Program-made: the position numbers and the translations under genes
The notes under the pieces: generated by a model
Seen by the model: the letters and a program-made list of their open reading frames with translations, nothing else
Told to the model about the DNA's origin: nothing
The model's database searches: none
Shown here: one piece after another, positions 9,417-18,156 of the stretch
Layout: every line of letters starts with the position of its first letter
How positions within the stretch are numbered: position 1 is the first letter of the stretch
From: an uncultured Acidimicrobiaceae bacterium
GTDB lineage: Bacteria > Actinomycetota > Acidimicrobiia > Acidimicrobiales > CAIXPF01
Direction of reading: 5' to 3'
Length of the DNA: 64,000 bases
NCBI GenBank assembly: GCA_963775055.1
Contig: CAVZHK010000001.1
Location: forward strand, 333,402-397,401

Positions 9417-10457
9417 ATGAACGATGCCGACACCGCCGACAGCGGAGCAGCCAAGGCCCAAGCGCACGAGGCGTGGCTGGCGCAGGTCCAAGAGACCGCC
9501 CTCGAACCGGAGTTGCCGATCTGCGACGCCCACCATCATCTGTGGCTCGACACCGGCCACACCGGCTGGCCCTACCCCATCGAAGCCCTGCACGCGGACA
9601 CCAACACCGGGCACAACGTGGTGCACACGGTGTTCCTGGAATGCGGCGCCGAGTACCGCACCGATGGCCCGGCGCACCTGCGACCGGTCGGGGAGACGGA
9701 GTTCGTGGCTGCCACCGCCCAATCACCCGCGGCCGCCACCGGGGCCCAGATCGCCGCCATCGTGGGCTCCGCGGACGTGTTGCACCCGGCGTTGGACGCA
9801 GCCCTCGACGCCCACGAGGCCGCCGGCGCCGGCCTGTTCCGGGGCATCCGCTACATCGTGGCCCAGGACGACTACAAGCCGTTGTCGATGGGCACGCCGC
9901 CCGGCGTGATGCAGGACGCCCGCTACCTGGCGGGGGTCCGTCGTCTGGGCGAGCGGGGCTACAGCTACGACACGATGTGTTACTTCCCGCAGATTCCCGA
10001 GTTGGCCGGGGTGGCCCGGGCTTGTGAGGGCACCACGATGGTGGTCAACCACCTGTGCGGCCCTGTCGGGGTGGGGCCCTACAAAGACCGCCGGGCCGAA
10101 GTGCTGGCCCAGTGGCGCATCAACATGGCGGAGCTGGCCACCTGCCCCAACACCGTGCTGAAGCTGGGCGGAATCGGGATGCCGATGTACGGGCTGCGTT
10201 GGGACCGTCAGCCGGTGCCGCCCACCTCGCAGGAGCTGGCCGCGCCGTGGCAGGACGAGATCCGCTTCTGCATCGATCGCTTCGGGCCCGATCGCTGCTT
10301 CTTCGAATCCAACTTCCCGGTGGACAAGCGCGGTTGTAGCTATGTTGTGCTGTGGAACACGTTCAAGCGCATCGCCTCGATCTACACCGCGGATGAGAAG
10401 CGCGACCTGTTTCACAACAGCGCGGCGCGCGCCTATCGCATCGCCACCGTCGATTAA
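9417..10457 (+). CDS. amidohydrolase-2 family metal-dependent hydrolase
   Basis: ICDAHHHLW is the metal-binding motif, with a TIM-barrel hydrolase-like remainder (NFPVDK near the C-terminus). The start is ATG 9417. The first 230 codons of the 576-aa track ORF are antisense to the crotonase gene. Confidence 0.8.
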   Translation: MNDADTADSGAAKAQAHEAWLAQVQETALEPELPICDAHHHLWLDTGHTGWPYPIEALHADTNTGHNVVHTVFLECGAEYRTDGPAHLRPVGETEFVAATAQSPAAATGAQIAAIVGSADVLHPALDAALDAHEAAGAGLFRGIRYIVAQDDYKPLSMGTPPGVMQDARYLAGVRRLGERGYSYDTMCYFPQIPELAGVARACEGTTMVVNHLCGPVGVGPYKDRRAEVLAQWRINMAELATCPNTVLKLGGIGMPMYGLRWDRQPVPPTSQELAAPWQDEIRFCIDRFGPDRCFFESNFPVDKRGCSYVVLWNTFKRIASIYTADEKRDLFHNSAARAYRIATVD

Positions 10458-10472
10458 GCCGATTGAGCCGGC

Positions 10473-12008
10473 TCAGCCCCTGGGCGTGAAGCGCCTGGCG
10501 GCCTCCGCTGAGAGTGACGTCTTGTCTATCTTGGCGGTACCGGCAAGGGGGATCTCGTCAACGAACCACACCGCCCGGGGATGGGCGTAGGCCGGTCCGT
10601 GCTCGATGGACCATTGCCGCAGCTCGTCCTCGCTCAGCTCTTGCCCTGGGCCGCGCACCACGAACGCCACTGGCAGCGCTCCCTTCAGCGCATCGGGCAC
10701 CGCAACCACCGCGGCCTGATGCACCGCCGGGTGACGCTCCAGCAATTTCTCCACATCGCCGGGATAGATGTTCTCGCCACCGCAGACGAACATGTCATCG
10801 GCCCGCCCGACAAAGAAGAACCAACCGTCTTCGTCACGTTCCATCACATCACCGGTGTGATACCAGCCATCGGTCAAGCGGGTGGCGGTGACCTCAGGCA
10901 GGTTGTGGTAGCCGTTCATCACGCCCGGGCCCTTGATCCACAGCTCACCGGGGTTGGCGTCCGCGCCGGTGACGGGATCGGCCAGCCGCAACTGCACCGT
11001 GGACAAGGGGTAGCCGAGGGCGATCTTGGGGCGGGGTTTGGCTTCGGGGTGGGGGCCGAAGCTGGCGATGGCCTCAGTGGTGCCGTAGCCGTTGGTGATG
11101 ACCGCGTCCGGAAAGATGGCCCGCACCTGATCGAACAGGCCCTCGGTCATGGGGGCGGAGCCGATCATCAGGCGCCGTACACAGGACAGATCAAGGGTTG
11201 CCAACAGCTCGTGTTGGGCGGTCATGAGGGCGAACATGGTGGGCACGCCGGTCAGGCTGGTGGCCCGCTGCTGCGCCACCGCCCGCAGGTATTCGGCGGC
11301 GTCGAAGCGGGCCAGCAGCACGATCTGCCCGCCCAGCGCCAGGTTCACCTTCGTCTGCACCATGGCGTTCTTGTGGTACATCGGCGCCGACACCAGGATC
11401 CGCTCGTCGGGGCTCATGAAGAACCCGCCGCTGGTGTACTGATCCACGGTGAACAGCTGGCTGCCGTGGGACAGCAACACCCCCTTGGGCCGCCCGGTGG
11501 AACCCGAGGTGTACATCTGCACCGCCACCGCCGACGACTCCAACCAGACCATACCGTATGGTTCGGCCAGGTCCAGCAGCTGATGCCAACGATCGCTACC
11601 GATGAGCACTACGTCCACACCCGCGGGGGCCCGATCAGCGTTGCGTTCGTCGGCGAACACCACTCGGGCTCCGGCGTCACCCACGATGTACGCCAGCCCG
11701 TCCCGGCCCAACTTTGTGTTGAGCGGCACCGTGACCCCGCCCATGCGGCAGATGCCGAAGTAGAGGGCAGCGTAATCCACCGAGTTGTCCGCCAGGATGG
11801 CGACACGCTCGCCCACCGTGACCCCGAGTTGCACCAGTGAACCGGCAACCCGGGCGCAGCGCTGCTCGAAGTGGTCATAGCTGACGGTGGATGACTCGCG
11901 TCCGGGGGTGGTCACGGTCGCGGTGAGATCGAGGTAGGCGGTCTTGCCCTGGCCAAGGTGCGGTTGGTAGAGGGCCGCCAGATTCACCTCGCCCGGTGCC
12001 GCGCTCAT
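10473..12008 (-). CDS. AMP-dependent acyl-CoA synthetase/ligase
   Basis: Shows the AMP-binding motifs YTSGSTGRPKGV, GYGTTE and YHTGD. The stop overlaps the next gene. Confidence 0.9.
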   Translation of the reverse strand: MSAAPGEVNLAALYQPHLGQGKTAYLDLTATVTTPGRESSTVSYDHFEQRCARVAGSLVQLGVTVGERVAILADNSVDYAALYFGICRMGGVTVPLNTKLGRDGLAYIVGDAGARVVFADERNADRAPAGVDVVLIGSDRWHQLLDLAEPYGMVWLESSAVAVQMYTSGSTGRPKGVLLSHGSQLFTVDQYTSGGFFMSPDERILVSAPMYHKNAMVQTKVNLALGGQIVLLARFDAAEYLRAVAQQRATSLTGVPTMFALMTAQHELLATLDLSCVRRLMIGSAPMTEGLFDQVRAIFPDAVITNGYGTTEAIASFGPHPEAKPRPKIALGYPLSTVQLRLADPVTGADANPGELWIKGPGVMNGYHNLPEVTATRLTDGWYHTGDVMERDEDGWFFFVGRADDMFVCGGENIYPGDVEKLLERHPAVHQAAVVAVPDALKGALPVAFVVRGPGQELSEDELRQWSIEHGPAYAHPRAVWFVDEIPLAGTAKIDKTSLSAEAARRFTPRG

Positions 12009-13012
12009 GGCGTGAGCACGATCTTGCCGAAGAACGAGCGATCCTCGAGCAGCCCCATGGCCTCGGCACCCTGTTCGAGTGCCATGACCCGGTCCACCAC
12101 CGGCACCAGCTGCTTGGTGCGCACCAACTCCAGCAGGGCGTGCAGGTCGGCGCGCTTCCAGCCGTTGGAGCCCCGGATGTCCATCTCGGCGGTCCAGATG
12201 AAGCGGATGTCGGTGGGCGGGTCATACCCGGCAGTGGCGCCACAGGTCAGCAGCCGCCCGCCCTGCTTCACACAACGCAGCGAACGGGCCCAGGTGTCCC
12301 CACCGGTGAAGTTGACCACCACGTCGTAGCCGCCGCCGCTGAACAGCGTCCCGGTGGTACGGCGGGTGTGGTCGGCAAAGTCTTCGACGGAGTAGTCGAT
12401 GGTGTCATCGGCGCCCAGAGCCCGGAGCCGCTCGCATTTCTCGGCCGATCCGGCGGCGGCCACCACCCGGGCGCCGATCATCTTGGCCAACAGCAACGCG
12501 CTGGTGCCGACCCCGCCCGACGCGCCCAGGATCAACACACTCTCACCCGGCTGCAACCGGCCACGGGTGATCATCATCCGGTGTGAGGTGCCATAGGCCA
12601 CCGGCAGGCAGGAGGCGTCCAGCGCGGACACGCCATCGGGCAGCGCCAACAGCTGGGTGTGATCGATCACGACGTACTCGGCGTACGCACCCCAGCGGGT
12701 GTCTCCAATCATCCAGAACCGACCGGTGGCTTCATCGGTGAACACCGGATCGACCAGCACCCGCTGCCCGGGCGTCCAGCCCTCGACCCCTTCACCGAGT
12801 GAGTCGATCACCCCGGCGGCGTCGCACCCCGGCACCATCGGCAGCGGAACCTTGATGCCGGGCATGCCTCGCCGGGTGAACACGTCGTGGTAGTTGAGCG
12901 AGCATGCCTGGACCCGCACCCGCACCTGACCGGGCCCGGGTTCGGGGTCTGTCACGTCGCCGTAACGCAACACGTCGAGCCCCCCGTGCTGCGCGAACCA
13001 CACTGCCTTCAT
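12005..13012 (-). CDS. zinc-type alcohol dehydrogenase / quinone oxidoreductase family
   Basis: MKAVWFAQHGG..., an MDR-family layout and an ILGASGGVGTSA nucleotide-binding loop. The start is placed at ATG 13012. Confidence 0.85.
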   Translation of the reverse strand: MKAVWFAQHGGLDVLRYGDVTDPEPGPGQVRVRVQACSLNYHDVFTRRGMPGIKVPLPMVPGCDAAGVIDSLGEGVEGWTPGQRVLVDPVFTDEATGRFWMIGDTRWGAYAEYVVIDHTQLLALPDGVSALDASCLPVAYGTSHRMMITRGRLQPGESVLILGASGGVGTSALLLAKMIGARVVAAAGSAEKCERLRALGADDTIDYSVEDFADHTRRTTGTLFSGGGYDVVVNFTGGDTWARSLRCVKQGGRLLTCGATAGYDPPTDIRFIWTAEMDIRGSNGWKRADLHALLELVRTKQLVPVVDRVMALEQGAEAMGLLEDRSFFGKIVLTP

Positions 13013-13049
13013 GCTTGCTCCGTTCCGTGCGTCGTTCGGTTGGCGGCGT

Positions 13050-13544
13050 TCAGCCGGCGGCGGTAGACCACGTGCCGCGGCCCACCGCGACCAGGCGACC
13101 CTGATCATCATGCAGGTCGATGTCGCACACGGCGGCGCTGCGTCCGGCCCGCCGAACTCGGGCCGTGGCCACCAGGTCGGTGTTGAACGCTGGTCGGAGG
13201 TAGTCGATGCGGAGGTTCATGGTCGGCACGCCGTGGCCCACGACCGCGCTGACCGCGAACGTGCCGGCGGTGTCGATGACGGAAGCGATGGGCCCCCCGT
13301 GCACTTGTTCGCCGTTGGCCAGCCGGCTCAGGGAGACGTGAAACGGCAGTCGAAGTACGAACCGGCCGCTCTCGACGTCCACCTCCTCGACGATCATCCT
13401 CACCAGGTGGTGGAACGGCGCCTCATCAACGGTGGCCTGCATGCCGGGCACCGTGGCGACGATGGAGGGCGGCCCGGCAGAGGACTGCGGCTGGACCGGG
13501 GAGGGGCCGGCGACGGGACCGGAGTCGGAGGACATGGCGCACAT
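13050..13544 (-). CDS. PaaI-type hotdog-fold thioesterase
   Basis: The pattern VHGGPIASVIDTAG...RIDYLRPA...GRLVAVGRGTW is typical of PaaI/DUF4442-like thioesterases. The start may instead be ATG 13442 (MQATVDE). Confidence 0.75.
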   Translation of the reverse strand: MCAMSSDSGPVAGPSPVQPQSSAGPPSIVATVPGMQATVDEAPFHHLVRMIVEEVDVESGRFVLRLPFHVSLSRLANGEQVHGGPIASVIDTAGTFAVSAVVGHGVPTMNLRIDYLRPAFNTDLVATARVRRAGRSAAVCDIDLHDDQGRLVAVGRGTWSTAAG

Positions 13545-13756
13545 TGTGTCAGGACAGTGCCGACCCGGGCCGCGGTCTGACTGATCACGCGGCGGTATGG
13601 CGCGAGAAGCCGGTGGTGGTACGCGGCGCGGCGTCGCGCTTCGTAGGCCCGTTGGCGGCAGGTACGCCCGCAGTAGAGGGGGCGGCGGCCAAGGGGTTTG
13701 GGTGCGAATTTGTGACCGCAGCGTTCACAGGCGAAGACTCGTTGCAGGATTTCCAT
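13400..13756 (-). CDS. small zinc-ribbon protein (CxxC...YCGRTCRQRAYEARRR motif)
   Basis: MEILQRVFACERCGHKFAPKPLGRRPLYCGRTCRQRAYEARRRA. Only the first 50 or so residues look protein-like. The tail overlaps the thioesterase gene in another frame, so the 3' end is uncertain. Confidence 0.4.
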   Translation of the reverse strand: MEILQRVFACERCGHKFAPKPLGRRPLYCGRTCRQRAYEARRRAAYHHRLLAPYRRVISQTAARVGTVLTQCAPCPPTPVPSPAPPRSSRSPLPGRPPSSPRCPACRPPLMRRRSTTW

Positions 13757-13873
13757 GCGGCCAGTATCCACGTGGGGTGTGACAGTGAAGGGCGCCCGGG
13801 AGCGATGGGCTGAAAAGTGGGCATGGACGGTCGCCGCCCGGTGTTCCCGGACTTCTCCTGGCAGCCCTACCGC

Positions 13874-13936
13874 TTCCTCCGGTGACGAAATACCGTCCGG
13901 TACGTCCGACACGGTTCCTCCGGTGACGAAATACCG
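13874..13936. repeat. two perfect direct copies of a 22-nt motif TTCCTCCGGTGACGAAATACCG
   Basis: Copies lie at 13874-13895 and 13915-13936. Each is followed by a small hairpin (TACCG-TC-CGGTA and ATACC-GCGT-GGTAT). Confidence 0.95.
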
Positions 13937-14245
13937 CGTGGTATCCGCTGACTCAGGCGGAAGATCGCTGAATTCGACAGATTCTCGAACCGCTGGAGTG
14001 AATCGACCATCCGACCGTCCGTCGTTGGAGCACACGAGATCTCACCGATTCGGTGTCTCTGCTCTGGACCGGCGGTCAGCGGCATACCTGGTCGAAAGTG
14101 GGCACCATGGGGCCGTCGCCGGGCGACGTCGGGCGGACCCAACGGGATTTGTACGTCGCCCCGACCCGTAGCGTAACCGAGTCTCGCCCCGGCCAAGCGC
14201 AGCCGCCAGAAGGACCGTCCGGGGCATGAACAGAGCGGGGGGCCA

Positions 14246-14313
14246 ATTTCGTCACCGGAGGAACACGTAGGTGCGGCAGAACGAGTCCTCGCCGCGATTC
14301 GTCACCGGAGGAA
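14246..14313. repeat. two inverted copies of the same motif (ATTTCGTCACCGGAGGAA, TTCGTCACCGGAGGAA)
   Basis: Copies lie at 14246-14263 and 14298-14313. They are the reverse complement of the 13874/13915 copies and enclose about 310 bp with no convincing ORF. Confidence 0.95.
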
Positions 14314-14427
14314 CAGTGGCGGGTTCCGGGACGACTCAGCACGTGCCGTTGAGCTCGCCGAGGACACCGCGCTCGATGATGGACACTCGATCGTCACTAA
14401 CCTCGCGCTGAGCAAGGGAGGCTCCTC

Positions 14428-14946
14428 ATGACCAGCGAAACCGCGTCCGCCCGCCACGGCGCCGACATCGATCGCAGCACCGAATGGGACGCGCTACGGG
14501 CCGCATACCTCAAGCCCCGGGACCAGCGGCCGCCGTCCTCTGCCGGAGGGGTGCACCATCTCGCCCTGCTGTCAACGGACGTGGAGCGCACCATCCGCTT
14601 CTACCAAGATGTCCTGGAGTTTCCCTTGACCGAGATCATCGAGAATCGTGACTACCGGGGCTCCACCCACTTCTTCTTTGATATGGGTCACGGCAACGCC
14701 CTGGCCTTCTTCGACTTTCCCGGGCTCGATCTTGGTCCATACCGTGAGGTACTGGGCGGGTTGCACCACCTGGCCATCGCCGTGACCCCCGAACGATGGG
14801 CCCATCTCAAGGAAAACCTCAAGGCTGCAGGAGTACCAACAGCACATGTCAGTGGTCGGTCGCTGTACTTCAGCGGCCCCGATGGAGAACGGCTGGAGCT
14901 GTTGGCCGATCAGCTGGGTGAAATGTACGGCAAGCCAATCGGCTGA
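14428..14946 (+). CDS. glyoxalase/bleomycin-resistance/dioxygenase (VOC) family protein
   Basis: HHLALLSTDVERTIRFYQDVLEF...HHLAIAV shows paired beta-alpha-beta-beta-beta module signatures. Confidence 0.8.
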   Translation: MTSETASARHGADIDRSTEWDALRAAYLKPRDQRPPSSAGGVHHLALLSTDVERTIRFYQDVLEFPLTEIIENRDYRGSTHFFFDMGHGNALAFFDFPGLDLGPYREVLGGLHHLAIAVTPERWAHLKENLKAAGVPTAHVSGRSLYFSGPDGERLELLADQLGEMYGKPIG

Positions 14947-14971
14947 GCAGCACCACCACCAACCACCACCA

Positions 14972-15394
14972 TCACAGCCCGATGGATGCCCACTGGGCCG
15001 CTGGCTGGTCCGGCGTGATCACCAACAACACCCGCTGGTCACGGATCAGCTCCGCCCGCAACTCGTCCTGGGACTGTCCACCCCGGCCGTGTTTGGCCCG
15101 AATGGCGGTGAACACCGGCAGGTTGACCTCAACGTCCTCCTCGATGCTGACGGCTCCGTCCACGCTGACATAGCGAAACCCCACCGAATCGTCGATGATC
15201 AACTGCACCCGCGGGTCGTTGCGAAAGATCCGGTACTTCACCCGACCCTTGGTGGTGGACACCGAGAAGCGTGTGCCGTCCCAGACGAACCAGTTGGGCG
15301 TGGCGTGAGGCCGACCGTCGCGGCGGCGACCGATCACGATGGCGTTGCGGGCTTCGGCCAGGAATGCCTCGACGGCGTTGGGATCTGCGCTCAT
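14972..15394 (-). CDS. PPOX-class (probably F420-dependent) pyridoxamine 5'-phosphate oxidase family protein
   Basis: AIVIGRRRDGRPHATPNWFVWDGTRFSVSTTKGRVKYR is typical of the actinobacterial PPOX/F420 enzyme family. The start is placed at ATG 15394. Confidence 0.8.
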   Translation of the reverse strand: MSADPNAVEAFLAEARNAIVIGRRRDGRPHATPNWFVWDGTRFSVSTTKGRVKYRIFRNDPRVQLIIDDSVGFRYVSVDGAVSIEEDVEVNLPVFTAIRAKHGRGGQSQDELRAELIRDQRVLLVITPDQPAAQWASIGL

Positions 15395-15543
15395 GTCGGC
15401 AACGTAGCGGCCGGGACCGCGAGCGCGCCGCAACCCTTAGCCGGGCCACGAGATCGGCCTGGCAGCGGCGCGGTCGGCTGCCCGTCCGCGACCCGTAGGC
15501 TGGCACCATCGGCCGGCGCCCAGCCCGCACCTGGAGGACATGC

Positions 15544-16845
15544 GTGTCGAAGCGGAAGAACCAGCTCATCATCGGCGCGGGCGCCCTGGTGTTGGCCTTG
15601 ATCGTGACACTGGTCATCTGGCGCAGCGCCGGCGAAGGTGACGGAGACGGCGAGGACACCGCCGGGCCTGCTCGCACCGAGCCCACCGACACCAGCGTCG
15701 AGGACACCATCACCACCACCACAACGGTCAAGCCCTACGAGAAGGACAAGCCGCTGCCCGAACCAGTCCCGCCCGCCACCCGGGATCCCTTGAGCTGGCC
15801 CTTCGCGGTGAACAGCATCTGGAACACCCCGCTGGGGGCCACCGCGGAATTGCTACCCGCCGGCATGACCCTCGGGCGCGGAGGCATCACCGCCGATGAG
15901 AACATCCTCATCCTGGAGGCTGACGCACCCCTCGTCGACATGTTCTTCCACGAGGGATATTGGGACGGCACCAAGGTGCGCTGCGAGGAGATCACCGACC
16001 AACGCCTGGCTGGCGGTTTGCCAGTACCGACGGACTTCCTCACCGACCCCGGCTACCTCGGAGCCACCCCCAACCACGCCGGTGCGGTGCTCCTGGCCGA
16101 TGGTGACACCCTGCTGCAGACCCAGCCCGTCCACCGCTGCGCACCCGGCGGCCCTCTGATCAGTCAGTACCTGTTCGACCAGGACAGCCTGCGCAACGGC
16201 AGCGGCGTCGCCGGCGCCCACGGCGGCTCCAAGATGTCCAGCGTGGGCGGCACCCTCCGCCTCGGCGAGCTGATCCCCGGGGGCATGATCCACCACGCGC
16301 TCAAGTTGAACATCGACTGCGAGGCTTTCTGCAGCTACGACCAGGCCGATCCCGACGGACGGGCCGGGTTCCGCTGGCCAGCCGGCGCGGCCGACGCTGA
16401 GGCGCCCACCCGCTACCAGGGCACAGTCCCGCAGTTGCAGATGGGGGCCCTGCTGGCGTTGCCGGCCAGCTTCGACGTGGCCGCGCTGCAGACCGAACCG
16501 GCCCGCATGGTGGCCCGGGCCATGCAGCGCTACGGGGCCTACGTCGTGGATGACACCCACTACCCGAGCTTCGCCTTGACCACCGAATGGAGCCCGGACG
16601 GTCGGGTGGTGGATGAGTTCGAGGCGGTCTGGGGTTTCCCGATGGAGCTCGGTGTTGACCCCGCCGACTGCCCCGATGGCGGCAGGGCCTGCGCCTGGAC
16701 GGAGGACCTGGCCCGGGTGATCGCCGCTCTGAGCGTGGTCGATGACAACACGGCAACGTCAATCGGCGGTGCCGGCGCCAGACTGGCGGCCTGCGCCCCG
16801 CCCTACGCCGACGGGTCCGGCGCCGCACCCTGCTCGCCGGCCTGA
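15544..16845 (+). CDS. membrane-anchored extracytoplasmic protein of unknown function
   Basis: GTG start, N-terminal TM helix (LIIGAGALVLALIVTLVIW), an acidic Thr-rich linker and a roughly 350-aa globular region with high GC3. I recognise no family. Confidence 0.7.
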   Translation: MSKRKNQLIIGAGALVLALIVTLVIWRSAGEGDGDGEDTAGPARTEPTDTSVEDTITTTTTVKPYEKDKPLPEPVPPATRDPLSWPFAVNSIWNTPLGATAELLPAGMTLGRGGITADENILILEADAPLVDMFFHEGYWDGTKVRCEEITDQRLAGGLPVPTDFLTDPGYLGATPNHAGAVLLADGDTLLQTQPVHRCAPGGPLISQYLFDQDSLRNGSGVAGAHGGSKMSSVGGTLRLGELIPGGMIHHALKLNIDCEAFCSYDQADPDGRAGFRWPAGAADAEAPTRYQGTVPQLQMGALLALPASFDVAALQTEPARMVARAMQRYGAYVVDDTHYPSFALTTEWSPDGRVVDEFEAVWGFPMELGVDPADCPDGGRACAWTEDLARVIAALSVVDDNTATSIGGAGARLAACAPPYADGSGAAPCSPA

Positions 16846-16851
16846 CCAGCC

Positions 16852-16930
16852 GGCCCTGCTACTGCATCATGGCCCTGCTACTGCATCATGGCCCTGCTAC
16901 TGCATCATGGCCCTGCTACTGCATCATGGC
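16852..16930. repeat. 19-bp tandem array x4.2 (GGCCCTGCTACTGCATCAT)
   Basis: Four perfect copies plus a partial copy. The unit is the reverse complement of the last four codons and stop (AMMQ-stop) of the nitronate monooxygenase gene. The array fills the convergent intergenic gap. Confidence 0.95.
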
Positions 16931-18064
16931 TTCGACGCGTTGCATGGCGTCTATGAACTCCTCCACCATCTCCAGCACGACCCGGCGACTGGGCTTGACG
17001 GTGTTCATGTCTCCCACGATCTGACCGACGAAGTAGTTGGCCAGCTGTGCCGCTTTGGTGCTGGGATCGTGGGCGGCGCGGTCCACCCGGCGTGAGGCCT
17101 CCTCGATGAGCATTGGCTGCAACGGCATGCCCAACGGCCCCGGCGAGTTCGGACCCTCCCACTCATCGGTCCAGGCCGAGCGGAGCTGCCGGGCTGGTTT
17201 GCCGGTGCGGGAGCGCGAACGCAACGTGTCCGAGGAGGTGGCAGCCAGGAACTTCTGCTTGACCGTGGGGTGGGTTTCGGCCTCCTCAGTGGTCAGCCAC
17301 ACCGACCCGCACCACACCCCCTCAGCGCCCAGGGTCAGCGCTGCCGCCATCTGCCGACCCCGACCAATGCCGCCGGCGGCCAGCACCGGGACAGGGGCCA
17401 CAGCGTCGACGATCTCAGGCACCAACACCATGGTGCCGATCTCCCCGGTGTGCCCGCCGGCCTCGTAGCCCTGGGCGATGATCAGGTCAACCCCGGCGGC
17501 CACGTGACGCACCGCGTGGGACTTCTTGCCAGCCAGCGCCGCCACCTTCACCCCGCGCTCCGCGGCCCGGGACAGCATGTCCGGCGGTGGTGGCCCCAAG
17601 GCGTTGGCGATGAGGCTGATGGGGTGGGCGAAGGCCACGTCCAACAGCCCGGCGGCCTGGTTGAGGGTCATCGGCGCAGCTCGTTCGCTGCTGCGACCCT
17701 CCGCGGCACGGGCCATGAGCGGATCATCGGCGGGCAGGGGCGGGACTTCGTAGCGCGCCAGCAGGTTGTCCAGAAAGTCCCGATGGGCCTGGGGGATCAT
17801 GTCCTGCAACGTCGACCAGCTCAGCCCGCCCTCATCACGCCCCTCGTATTTGGCGGGCACGATGACATCCACCCCGAAAGGCCGATCGCCGATCTCGTCA
17901 CGGATCCAGCGCAGGTCGATGTCGAGCTGGTGGGGGCTGACCCCGGCGGCGCCGAGCACCCCCATGCCCCCGGCCTTGGTCACCGCCGCCACCACGTCAC
18001 GGCAATGGGTGAAGGCCAGGATCGGGAACTCGATCCCGAACATGTCGCACACCTTGGTCCTCAT
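16916..18064 (-). CDS. nitronate monooxygenase / NAD(P)H-dependent flavin oxidoreductase (NMO family)
   Basis: FGIEFPILAFTHCRDVVAAVTKAGGMGVLGA...AQGYEAGGHTG...LAAGGIGRGRQ are NMO/2-nitropropane dioxygenase signatures. Confidence 0.88.
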   Translation of the reverse strand: MRTKVCDMFGIEFPILAFTHCRDVVAAVTKAGGMGVLGAAGVSPHQLDIDLRWIRDEIGDRPFGVDVIVPAKYEGRDEGGLSWSTLQDMIPQAHRDFLDNLLARYEVPPLPADDPLMARAAEGRSSERAAPMTLNQAAGLLDVAFAHPISLIANALGPPPPDMLSRAAERGVKVAALAGKKSHAVRHVAAGVDLIIAQGYEAGGHTGEIGTMVLVPEIVDAVAPVPVLAAGGIGRGRQMAAALTLGAEGVWCGSVWLTTEEAETHPTVKQKFLAATSSDTLRSRSRTGKPARQLRSAWTDEWEGPNSPGPLGMPLQPMLIEEASRRVDRAAHDPSTKAAQLANYFVGQIVGDMNTVKPSRRVVLEMVEEFIDAMQRVEAMMQ

Positions 18065-18100
18065 TGGACCGACCCTACCGCCCGGGGCGAACCGGCTCGC

Positions 18101-18156
18101 TCAGGCAGGATCAGTTCAGGCAGGATCAGTTCAGGCAGGATCAGTTCAGGCAGGAC
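18101..18156. repeat. 15-bp tandem array x3.7 (TCAGGCAGGATCAGT)
   Basis: Three full copies plus a partial copy. The partial rightmost copy contains the rsfS stop codon. The array occupies 45 of the 81 bp upstream of the NMO start. Confidence 0.95.

Noticed and set aside
16852-18156. The tandem arrays at 16852 and 18101, and others in the window, considered as CRISPR arrays.
   Set aside because: The units are contiguous with no unique spacers, are only 15-19 bp long, and there are no cas genes in the window.
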